Source of the DNA: Wallemia ichthyophaga EXF-994
Lineage: Eukaryota > Fungi > Basidiomycota
Direction of reading: 5' to 3'
DNA: 62,000 nucleotides
Assembly: GCF_000400465.1 (NCBI RefSeq)
Contig: NW_008806293.1
Span: 62,601 to 124,600, forward strand
The position numbers and the translations under genes were made by a program. Under the pieces are notes generated by a model. That model had not been told where the DNA came from. It made no database searches and worked only from the letters and a program-made list of their open reading frames with translations. Positions within the stretch are counted from its first letter, which is position 1. Every line of letters begins with the position of its first letter. Shown here piece after piece: positions 37,400 to 48,038 of this stretch.

Positions 37400-38590
37400 T
37401 CTTGCATTGCTCTTGTATTTCATAAATAGATCTAACACTCTTGTAGTTAGCAGTTATTCAATGTGCATTCCACACTAGAACGATCAACAGCTGAAAATTA
37501 TTAGAATAACATGCATGATAATATTCAAAATTAATCCATGTCTTCAAAATACTATTAAACGCTCGATTAAGATTATCTGAAGACCTAAGCAGATCTGGTT
37601 TGCAATGTACGCGTTCCGTTGTCCGTCTAGACTGCATGTTGAGTGAGTGGTAAAGACAAGTGCGGCATACCCCGCAACAACCTTGAAGCAGAGACATATT
37701 GCATCGTTTTGTAGCTGTTAGTTATGTGAGAAGGATGCAATCATCTTTATCGTGAATAACGCAGTGATGTGCTATGTACTTTTGCAGATAGATGTAAAAT
37801 GTTTCAAAGAGAATTGGTATTTTTTATAAAAAAAATTCCAATTGTAATGCCTTCTACGATTTCAACGCAACCCTAACCACTTTCACATCCTCTTTTCGAG
37901 ATCTCGAAATGCACCTGATTGAGTCAAAACCCCCGTTTTCAGAGTTGAGCTGACCCCTTTTTTTCTTTAAATGAGTTGTATTCATTAGGCTTGCAACTAT
38001 TTGTAATGTCAATACTTTTTTCCTGGTGCAAGCCTTGAGTCCTGCGGAAACTTGGTGTTGGAAAATATAAATCGCGATTATAGAGCCGACTAATTGACAA
38101 CTTAGGTGCTTCTGGCCTCCAACAGCTGCTTATGTCTATATATGTGTCGATAAAGCCCGTATAATTCTCCAATATTTATCCTATAGCGTGCTAGAAAGCA
38201 AAGTAGGATTGCAACCTCCGAACAGCCTACAGGGCGCAATATGATTCTCAGGGATATAATGCTGGTGAGATATCGTAGAGCTCCTTCTGGACTATTTATG
38301 AAGCTATTCTATTTAGAGATTATCAAAACTCGTAAATTAGCCATCAAAGATGAGATACGTGGTGGCCGAGAAATGTAACTCGGTGGATATTAAGCGAGTG
38401 GATGAGGTGGGGATGCATTTAAAGTCCTGAAGATGCTATGAAAAGATGGTGTTGCTAAATGTTCAACTTGTCAGTGAATGATATCTCTGCGTTAGTCTTC
38501 TCCCTTACGTGGTAATTTGCATAGTGATTTGAGCACGGTTGATTTAATTATTTGATTCATAAAGCTGTGAAATACAAAAAAAAATTTCAG
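37400..38590 (+). ncRNA. Speculative long ncRNA (telomerase RNA candidate) in orphan gap
   Basis: About 1.2 kb with no credible CDS; AACCCTAACC at 37869-37878; hairpin at 37812-37843; 9-bp stem 37987-37995/38027-38035. No family match was established. Confidence 0.2.
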
Positions 38591-38599
38591 TAAGCTATT

Positions 38600-41139
38600 T
38601 CAAAGCTTGGCAGACTTGTCGTTCGCGTCATATAGAGCATCAATTGTGGTTTTGTACTTGCTAGCCACTTCATTGCGCTTGACTTTAAGAGTAGGTGTGA
38701 GCAAGCCGTTATCGATGGTAAACTGGTCATTAGTTATGTGAACAGCCTTGATACGTTCGAAGCTGGAGGAGGTTAGTTAGGTCAGCATACAACACCTTCA
38801 CTCACCCTTTCAGCCCAGCATGGTTAGATGCTTTGTCGATCTCCGCCATAATCATACCACGCACTTTCTCGCTTGCAATTGCTGTGTCAAGAGCTTGGCG
38901 ATCGTTAGCGTCACAGCCTACCACAGAACCAAGTTCGAGAGGATCTGGGACGACCACGGCGACGAGATAAGATCTGAGGCTATCTGCGTGGATGCTGTGA
39001 CGCGTTAGCAAATTTCATAATCAAACACAATCTACCCACTAAAGCTGCATGACAGTCGGACACAACGCAAAAACACCCTCCAGCTTCTCAATGGCAATAT
39101 ATTCGCCCTGCGCCAGCTTAAATATGTTCTTTTTTCTGTCAATAAGCTTGAGACGGCCGTGGTTGTCGATTTGGCCAATGTCACCACTGATGAAGAAGCC
39201 ATCGTCGGTGAATGATTCTTTTGTCTTGTCAGAATCCTTGTAATACTCTCTCATCGAGCTCTTAGATCTGATGCAAATTTCCCCGCGTGGATATGGCCTA
39301 TCAGTTGAGAAGTAATTCATTTCGGGAACATCTACCAGCTTGATCTCGAAGCCTGGGTTCATATTTCCAACATATCCAGACGACAGAGGATCACTAGGAA
39401 TCGTTCTCGTGCAGATACACGTTTCAGTGAGACCGTAGCCTTCAATAATCGGGATGCACAGGCTGACTTTAAGCACGTCGAGCACTCGAGGACTGATTGG
39501 TGCCGAACCTGTAATTATCAACCTAATCTTGCCACCCAAAACTTGTCGAATCTTTAGTACGGGTTAGAGTTAAGCACAATGGACAATTATCACCCACCTT
39601 GTTAAATATGAGTTTGTCCCAGAGTAGATGGGTAGTGTCGGATGTTTTGTGCATCTTGTCGATCTTGGCAGCGACGGCGCGGGTGAGAAGAGACCCTTTT
39701 ACACCTGGAGTGTCCATTTGGTGCTTGATGCCGGCGTAGATTCTGCATTTGGATATTAGATGATCATGAAAGTGGTTGGTAGAAACAATGCTCACCTATT
39801 CAGAACTCTTGGTACGGTGACCATAAGTTCAGGCTGCATAATCTGCAAATCTTCCATCAAGCGGAGTATGTCGCCGGTAGTGTAAGCGATGGGCGCCAAC
39901 AACACCATGGCTATGAACTCGAGTGCTCTTTGCAGAACATGTGCGAGTGGCATGTAGCTTGCGAGCAGATGACCAACATATTCATCCATGCCTGTAGTCA
40001 AAGAAAGGATATTGTTGCACATGCTGCTATGTGTATGAACTGCGCCTTTTGGCCCTGTAAGGTGTTAGCTGTGGTATTAGAGCATCCAACCAAAACGCAC
40101 AACCCGTTGTTCCACTTCAAATGTGTCAGAATGATACACAACACTAGCGGGGTCACTCACGAAGTATACGAGATTGTTAAAACATCGGTAGGTTTTGGAG
40201 GAATGTGAGGGTGTTGGTGGATAGCTCCAAGCTCTTCAACTGGATCGTGTGTAAGATGAGCTATGCTTGTTCGCATTAGCACACACCTTGGGCCAGGCTA
40301 TAAAGTCTGACATTCAAATTCTTCGCCCAGAGTTTGAGCACGTCAGCGCGGCTGAGCTGGCCTGGTACGCGTGCGCCATCCTGGGGAGCACCCGGTTCGT
40401 CGAGACCATCGAGGACGATGACGGCTTCGACAGACGGGCAGTTGTGGAGAATCTTGTAAAGCTGAGGAAGATGGGAAGATGAAGTGAAAATGAGCCTATT
40501 TTCGCTGTGGTTGATGACATATTCAACGCTGTCATTGCCGAGGGTATCGTAGAGAGGAACAGAAATGCGCGAAAAAGCGTGTAAGCTGAGATCAGCGATT
40601 TGCCATTCTGGACAATTTTTGGACCACGTGCCAGCCGTCCAGCCAGAGAAGCAAGAGTCACCCAAATCGCCCTGCTTAACGAGCTGTGAGATGCCAGAGC
40701 CGAGATTTGTGCGGCGCTGGGCTATTTCATTGTATGATTGGTACTCGTAGTAGCGTTCAAAGCGTTGCTTATTAGGATTGTATGGTCGATGACCTAAGAA
40801 ATTCTTATCGCCAGCGTGTGCAGCTGAGTGCTGGAATAGATCGTAGATAGTCTCAACACCAAATTCTGGGCGTGGTTTCTCTCCCCAGATCGCTGGTGGC
40901 GGTTGATTAGCTGTGTGAATTGCTGGATCGGCGACGCTCACCGTCTTTGTAGATTGCTGTAGAATTTGCTGTAGCTGAACCAGGCGTAGGCTAGGATGTA
41001 TGAGCCCTGTGGTTTTTCTCACGACGCAGCGCTTACCGTTGCTTGGTGATTGACGTCTACTCTGCTGTAATACACGCTCAGCAAAGCAAATCAAAATCCT
41101 CTGCGGCACTCACAGCGGATATGATGTTGCCAGTGTCAT
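38600..41139 (-). CDS. Long-chain fatty acyl-CoA ligase (ACSL/Faa family) with C-terminal PTS1-like tripeptide
   Basis: YLPLAH-like SYMPLAHVLQR, TGSAPIS, IIEGYGLTET, GEICIRS, GDIGQID, DRKKNIFKLAQGEYIA and LLTPTLKVKR. Ends DKSAKL*; many introns. Confidence 0.92.
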
Positions 41140-41227
41140 TTCCTATTTCTTTCTTGAATGCGCTTATTCAACGTTTAAGTTATCCGGTCTTTGTGGGGAA
41201 GCCGGCCGGTCCAAAATTATAATATTT

Positions 41228-44200
41228 TCACAGCTTTATTTTGTACAATGTTTCATCGACGTAGCTTCTTTCCTTATAGCACTTTTCCACCCACTCAATA
41301 CCCACAAGCTTCCGGTATTTGGGCCTAGCCGCGTAATCAGCACACTCACTCCCGCAACGCCTCACTCACCGCTTTGTCCGCTCAAACAGCTCCTCCACTC
41401 TTCTCTTGTCGTTCTCATCAATTACTATATGCGTTAGCCTGCTGTCGTCCACCTCCGCTACCATTCCGCCAAGCCTTGTTATCTTGTCTCGGATACCGGT
41501 CCAACTATAGCCGTGTAAGTAGGTAGGCTTGTTTACCCTAATCACCCACTCTGTCTTGCTCATTATTGATGGACGCGGGAACAGGTCGTTCGTGATTGCG
41601 TTCTCATAATCGTCAACATACACAGCGCTGCGTTTTCTTAGTTCTCTTTATTGTAATCATTCACCCACTCACACATTCAACAGCGGTTTATCTAGATCAT
41701 CACTGGTAATCACTACTGCTTCTTCAACTACTTCTGGCTCACGTGGATGATCAGCTGACAAATCAACATCGGCAGCATTAAGTGATTCATGCTGTTTAGA
41801 TGCTTTTGATGTCTCACCAAGTTCATGCTCGTGCATCTCCTCGCTATCACCTTCCTGCTTTATTTTCTTGCTCTTCTTGGCGGATGCATCCTCCACATCA
41901 ATCTCGCTATTAGTTTTATAATCACTGTCAAACGCAACCACTCTACTACGTCTTCTGCCCTTATCAACCTTATCATGCATCTCCTGCTGATTGAGTACTA
42001 GTGTTCCTGTGGTACCTGATGTCTTGACATTCTCTTCTTCCTCGAGCGTCGCAACGGCGTCTTCTTCCAAGGTCCTATCGGGATCTGCATCGTCTCGTAT
42101 AATCGACGGCTGCTCCTTCTGCACATCCTCCCGATTTTCCTGATGAGGCGACTGTGGATTCGTCGTCGGTGAGAAAAGCTGAGTCGCTTCTTTCTTGATC
42201 TTCACACTATCATCACCCTCATCAGAGCTATCATCGAAATTATTAGACGTGCTACCTTTTTGTCTGGTCACTGTGCGAGTTGAGGATGTCTGTGTATAAG
42301 TCAGTTGAGATGGTCCTAACCGTGGTGAAGGTGATTTCTGGGCTGTAAAAGCGCCTTCTTGTATAGTCTCATCGCCATCGTCGCCACTCTCTCCCAGACT
42401 TTCTTTCTCTGTCTCACTATCTTCCTCCTCAGGCACAATCGTGGCCACCTTCTCCTCTACCTGCAACGCTGGCTCTTGTGTGAATCTCAGTTCATTAATT
42501 TCACCGACGGCCTCTAAATCGAGCTGACCGTGGGCAAGACGTTCTGCTTGTTCGTGTGGAATATGATCTGGGGTGATGAAGAAAGGACGGAGGGTATCCA
42601 AAATAAGTTGACTATCGACGTCACACTGATAGACCCAATACGCACCACTCCCAGCGCCCTCTAGTGGCACGATACAGTTATATTGAACGCACTCGAGCAG
42701 CCACTGTGCACTCAGGATAGATCTTCTTTGCAACTTGACGAGCTGGGAGACCTGCACAGCTGTATTGAGTAAAAAGCGAGCAGTGAGTAAATAGCTGTTC
42801 AATTGCACCTCTACTCACCTGTAGCTTTACCTGCAATGACGAGCAGCGGTTCAGGGCAGTCTTCGTCTCTGGGTATGTGCGACAGTGCCATCCCCTTTCT
42901 TTCGGCGATGAGCACCGCAAGGTCTTTCACTTCGAGCTCGTTCGTCCCGTTCAGTATTCCTGAGTGTCGTCAACGCTGTCTGGAGCGTGAAGGTGTTACT
43001 AACGGAATGCACAGCCTTCGAAGAGCGTGTTGCGATAGTTGCGTGTATCAGCTCTCACGCTGGCCACAGCACGCGAGCTGATAACCTGTTTTTTCTGCGG
43101 CGATGTGTTGTAAGTTATGGGTGTTTGATAACTCAAACTCTCATTCTCACACTCGCCCTCGTCGGCTTGGCTTGCTTTTCTTTAACTTTAGCTTCAGCTT
43201 GATGAGAGCGCGAAGCCTTTATACCTTTGATCATGCTGTCCATCTCTGCATTGCGTCAGCATGCATACCACCTAAACACACAAAGCTCAACCCACCCGTC
43301 CACTTGAACAGACTGTCTGGATCGAAGGGGCTCTTATCCCCGCTGCCCTTGTCCAATCTGAGGCGCTTGAAGCGGGGAAAGCGGTAGGTGCACCCGGTGG
43401 GATATTGCGCTGAGATAGAATGATCAGATACGTTACGCAGCACTATTACTACCACGCACTCGATGGATTGATATCGCTTGCCTTGATCTCGACTACGAAA
43501 GATCTGCGCACACGTCAACAGCACTATCTCACTCGACTCCCACCTCACTCACTGCTGAGGGTTGATGACTACATCCGGTGTCTCGTTGCCTATTTTGACA
43601 CCAGGGTATACAGATGCAGGAGTGTACTTGCGCGTGTCTGCTTTAGCGAATAGCTCATTAATAATGACGAGATCCTGCGCCGAGTAGCCTGTTCCAGCAC
43701 GCGCGAAGAGTATGTATCTGTGATGTAGTTAGCGCGGCGTCGTGCAACTTGCTTTGCCTGTGAACAAGCCAACGGAGCTACGCACTGAGGATCCGCTGCT
43801 ATGTTCTCCTCCCTGTCATCCACTAGTGCGCAGAAGAGGGTGGAAATCACTCCATTGCGACTGTTAGACCAGTTGCCTCCGATTACTAGCAGATCGGCGG
43901 TCTCTGACATTTCATCAAAGTAGTCAGGTTTCAGCTGTGTGGGTTGTTACTTCGGTGCAAATGCAAATGCAAATGCAGATTCAGTCTTCCACCGCAACTA
44001 CACACCTTGATCCACCGATCTGATCGACCGCCATATTCGTATGTTGATAGGGGCGACTTAACCACCAGCCCTTCGCCTTTTTGGAGGATAATACGCTCAA
44101 GCGATCCCTTTAGCTCTACCACATCGCCCACAGTCCAGCGTGAAACATGCTCGAAGCGTGTAGGTAGCTCTGTGAATATGGAGCGGAGAACTTTCTGGCG

Positions 44201-45650
44201 CTCTTTAAATGGATATGCAGAGATATCTTTCCCATTTACCCAGAGCACATCGAATACCTTAACTGAGGGGGGCACCATGAGCAATGAAGATGGAGCATGT
44301 GAGCAAGCACCCACATATCGGATGTGTACCAATATCGCCTTTTGCGGCTTTTTTAAGAGTGCCAAAAGGGAGTACGGCGTCAATTGCGCCTGAATACGCC
44401 AGCATTTCTCCATCAAGCACGACTTCATCGACGCGAGAATCGAATGTGGTGTGAATAAACGGTGTAAGGCTGCCATCGGTTGGGGATTTCCCATATAAAT
44501 AGGTATAATCCTTAGCTTTCCTAGGAGGAGAGCATGGCAAATGAGAAAAACAAAACAAAGCAAAAAAAAAAACACAAACCCACCTACTCCAATACTTATA
44601 CCTGTCGCCCTTTCTATGTAGCTGTATGCGCTCGCCGTCCATCTTCTCCTCGACAACCCAGCGGCCGTGCGGCATCTTCTTGTGGACATCGGGGATGGTA
44701 TTGCGCTTGCACAACATCGGCTGGAATACTTGGAAGAGGTGAACGGAGCTATCAGCATCGCGCAGCCGCATACTCGGGTCGTACAGCCTGTAGGCAACTG
44801 TGCGCAAATCTGTCGTCACTTCAAACAGCGCGTATGCATCTGGATGGAATTGAGACAGGATGCTTCTCTCGCGGATGCTAATTTTAAGATTCTTTAGTAA
44901 GATACGCACGAGCCAGAATTGCTCTTCTGTATCGCAACGTTTTGCGAATTCTTTCATGATGTCTTTCTTTCGCTGGCTGTGAATGTGTAAAAGTGTGAGC
45001 ATGATGACATCGTAGTGGGAAAACTACCGACACTCACAAAGACTTGGCGCGCGAGAGCTGGTCAAGCTTGTGATTCACCTCGTCGATGGTAAACGATGAC
45101 TTTGAATCGTAGCTGACGCGGTTTTTCATTACGTCTACCAGCACGCTGGGGAAGTCACCACTGACTGTATGTGCAGCGGTGGGAGCTTTCCAGGAGAGTA
45201 GACGGTGACCATCATTGTGCTTAGGGGAGAGACCGAGTAGCTCAACGTATATCTTTGCGAGGACAGTCTCTTTGATGCCGAACATACTGCGCTCTCTCTC
45301 TCGCTCTGGGATCATCAAGCGGAGTAGATTGTAGAAATCATTGCCGTAATGCTCCCGGTGATACTGCGATAAGACCGATAAGGATGATGACGATAGGCAG
45401 GAGTAACAAGGCCACATACGTCAAACAGCTTCGCCAACTTTAAAGAGCGCATTGAAACATTTTTCTCGTTTGTGATGTTGTCAAAGAATGAGACTAGCTG
45501 GGCGTATTTCATTGATCCAGTATTGGAAACGCCAGCAGGACGCTCAATTGGGTGATATTCAGCGTAAGCAGTGGAGTCCTTTTCTATCCTGATATCACCC
45601 TGTTTACTCGCCGCTGCCTGCTTAATTTCATCTCTGCTGGGCGAGGACAT
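41228..45650 (-). CDS. DNL4: DNA ligase IV with tandem BRCT domains
   Basis: RLMIPERERER, LVRILLKNLKISI, EEKMDGERIQLH (adenylated Lys), LDGEM, EGLVVK and WIK. C-terminal BRCT-like blocks with W-x-x-x-C motifs (WLLEC, WVEKC); many introns. Confidence 0.93.
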
Positions 45651-45674
45651 GGATGTTGATCACTAACGTTGATT

Positions 45675-46868
45675 ATGTCAACGAGCAAGAGATCTCTCGA
45701 GGAAATAGACGCACAGCCGAAGAAGGCGAGATTTGCAGAGAAAGATAAGCCAGAGAAGAATAATCCAGACAGAGATTTGGACACCACGCAGGATCTGGAG
45801 TACAAGAAGGGGCGCCGCGGGGCTATCAAAACAGAGGGTTATGATTCAGACAGCTCAAATGAGGGCGGCGAGTCAGTCGTGCGGTCGCGTCACAAACCCG
45901 CTGACAACGACGACGATGATATGTTTGGCGATGGTGCGGACAAGCCACAACAGCCCAGCGAAACGGAGAAAGCTAAACCACTCTCGCTCGGTGATATAGA
46001 GGGTCAGGAATTTGGCGGGTACGGTGATAAGAATACGGCAGAGAATAGCGACGGTTACAGCTCTCAAGAAGGCGAGGAGGATGAGATGGGTGGCGAGCTC
46101 AGCGCTTTCAATATGAAGTCTGAAATGCAGGAAGGTGATTTTGTCGACGATGGTACGTATGTCGAGAAACAGCGCGATCCACACGCCATGCATGACGCCT
46201 GGCTTGATAATTCCGATAAGCAGGCACGTAAGAGAGTGCGCGATGCACATAAGGAGAGGTTGAAAAAGGAGCGGGAGGAGTATGAGCGTGTAGAGGCGCA
46301 GAACGCACAAGGAGGAAGGAAAGAGGAGACGATGATGGCGCTGGCAGAGTTCACACAGCGTGGAGAGACTGTTCTCGAGGCACTCCAACGACTAGGCAAG
46401 GATAGGGAAAAATCTAAGAAAAACGGAGCTCAAGAGCTGAAGAAGGCGAGTACTCAAGTGGAGAAGTTCACAGAACTCGTCAACATAATGGTGTCAATTG
46501 GGGTGAATGAGGTGTATGATTGGGAGCACGAGCAATTTGTGAGAGGAGTTCGGAAGTCAGGCTATGTCAACGAGAATTGGGTGCCTAGTCACTATCAACA
46601 GAAGAAGACAGAGACAGTGGATGACGATAGCACCAATGATAGCACCAATAACACAAACGAAACACTATGGGAATACAAACAGTCACCTAATTATATAGCC
46701 ACGCTGCCGCCCGCTCAACGACCGGTAGAGGTACAGGTATTTGGGCCATTCAAACAAACAGAACTGCTTAATTGGGTTCATGGAGGACATCTTGGACCCG
46801 AAGGATCATTCATCAAAGTGCGAAAGGCAGGGGAGACAGCATGGGTCGATTGCAACGAGATATTCTAA
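45675..46868 (+). CDS. LIN1: U5 snRNP 52K / CD2BP2 (Lin1/Snu40) with GYF-like C-terminus
   Basis: EGYDSDSS, AFNMKSEMQEGDF, DAWLD, GETVLEALQRLG, and C-terminal WEYK..FGPFKQTELLNWVHGG. Confidence 0.82.
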   Translation: MSTSKRSLEEIDAQPKKARFAEKDKPEKNNPDRDLDTTQDLEYKKGRRGAIKTEGYDSDSSNEGGESVVRSRHKPADNDDDDMFGDGADKPQQPSETEKAKPLSLGDIEGQEFGGYGDKNTAENSDGYSSQEGEEDEMGGELSAFNMKSEMQEGDFVDDGTYVEKQRDPHAMHDAWLDNSDKQARKRVRDAHKERLKKEREEYERVEAQNAQGGRKEETMMALAEFTQRGETVLEALQRLGKDREKSKKNGAQELKKASTQVEKFTELVNIMVSIGVNEVYDWEHEQFVRGVRKSGYVNENWVPSHYQQKKTETVDDDSTNDSTNNTNETLWEYKQSPNYIATLPPAQRPVEVQVFGPFKQTELLNWVHGGHLGPEGSFIKVRKAGETAWVDCNEIF

Positions 46869-46896
46869 TGAAATAACTCGATATATAGTGAAACTA

Positions 46897-47377
46897 CTAA
46901 TGCAGCCATTGTAATCTATCAAAGGGGTATACTATAGCAATGCCTTTACCGATAATAGTACCGAGGCTGATCTGGCCATACTGTCTGCTATCAATTGAGT
47001 GAAAAGTCTCGTCTCCTTGGACATAGCAATGGCCGCGATCGACGTAAGAGTCGTTGATGGTATCGCCATAAAGACCAATGATACGCTTGATAGCCAGTTT
47101 GTTTGGGTTATCTGGAGGACTGAGAGAAGAGTGAGGGAGTAAGAGACCAAAGAAAAGGGACAAACCGTAAAGCGATGATGTCACCGTGCTTGAAATGAGA
47201 AAAAGGGAGCCATTTATTGAGAATTAAGATATCGCTGCTTAGTTTATTTGTATCAGGATTCAGTGAGGGCTGCATTGAACGACCTTTGATTGAAACCAGC
47301 GAGTAGCAGTTGTGGACAAAGTAGTAGGAAACTGATAACAAACCCAGAAACCTTAGTGGCTTGACTGACTGCTTCAT
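46897..47377 (-). CDS. IMP2: Mitochondrial inner membrane peptidase subunit 2 (S26)
   Basis: GRSMQPSLNP (catalytic Ser), AIKRII (catalytic Lys) and QGDETFHSIDSRQYG (Imp2-type). Intron 47120-47165. Confidence 0.85.
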
Positions 47378-48036
47378 GATATCGATCGAGATTTAAAGTT
47401 GAGTGTGCAAGACGGAGAGAGGCTGGCGACTTGATATTTGTGGGCGTGTAAGAAGGATTTACAGCTTTCAAAGTCAAATCGCAGAATTTCAATCAATTTC
47501 GTAATTGGTAGCTTGAGATAAGCCTTAGAAATTATTCTGAAGCCAAGGATTCTAAATTTGCTAGTAAGAGACTGTAAAAATAGAAGCTGATAACCAATAG
47601 ACTGGTCTAATAATTTAAAGTATTTGAAATAGTTGCAGTCTAACAAACACCGCTGAATCTGCCTGACTAGATTTGTCGATGGATTCGTTATTTTTAAATC
47701 CTGAGAGAGCAAGTGGAGTTGATAAAGCTCCTTATAAAATTCTGCACCAGTTATTTCAGCTAACCTGCTCAAAACGACTCTAATCTCGTCTTGGTTGCTG
47801 GCTCTTATCGCTGCGTCGAGTGATGACTTGTACACGCCTACTGCAAATTCGTCGATTCTATTTACTGCTATCAATCCTTGTCTGAGCTTTCTAAATCCAA
47901 GTACAACGTTATCTGATTGATTGTCTGATTTATCCCCGATCCCACAGAGATAACGATAATAATCCTCTTGAAATGACTCCTCCTTAAACTCAATCTGGTT
48001 AGATCTCGTCAAACTCCCCAATTTACTAAAGTCCAT
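47374..48036 (-). CDS. PCI-like (SAC3/GANP or CSN8/PSMD8/eIF3K-type) hypothetical protein
   Basis: 220-aa intron-less ORF with FRKLRQGLIAVNRIDEFAVGVY, NYFKYFKL and RIISKAYLKLP, a PCI/winged-helix-like pattern. Confidence 0.6.
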   Translation of the reverse strand: MDFSKLGSLTRSNQIEFKEESFQEDYYRYLCGIGDKSDNQSDNVVLGFRKLRQGLIAVNRIDEFAVGVYKSSLDAAIRASNQDEIRVVLSRLAEITGAEFYKELYQLHLLSQDLKITNPSTNLVRQIQRCLLDCNYFKYFKLLDQSIGYQLLFLQSLTSKFRILGFRIISKAYLKLPITKLIEILRFDFESCKSFLHAHKYQVASLSPSCTLNFKSRSIS

Positions 48037-48038
48037 GG

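Noticed and set aside
37941-37953. AGAGTTGAGCTG resembling the vertebrate telomerase P6.1 loop
   Set aside because: The stem is imperfect and it lies before the putative pseudoknot, the wrong order for CR4/5. Not counted as evidence for the TER candidate.
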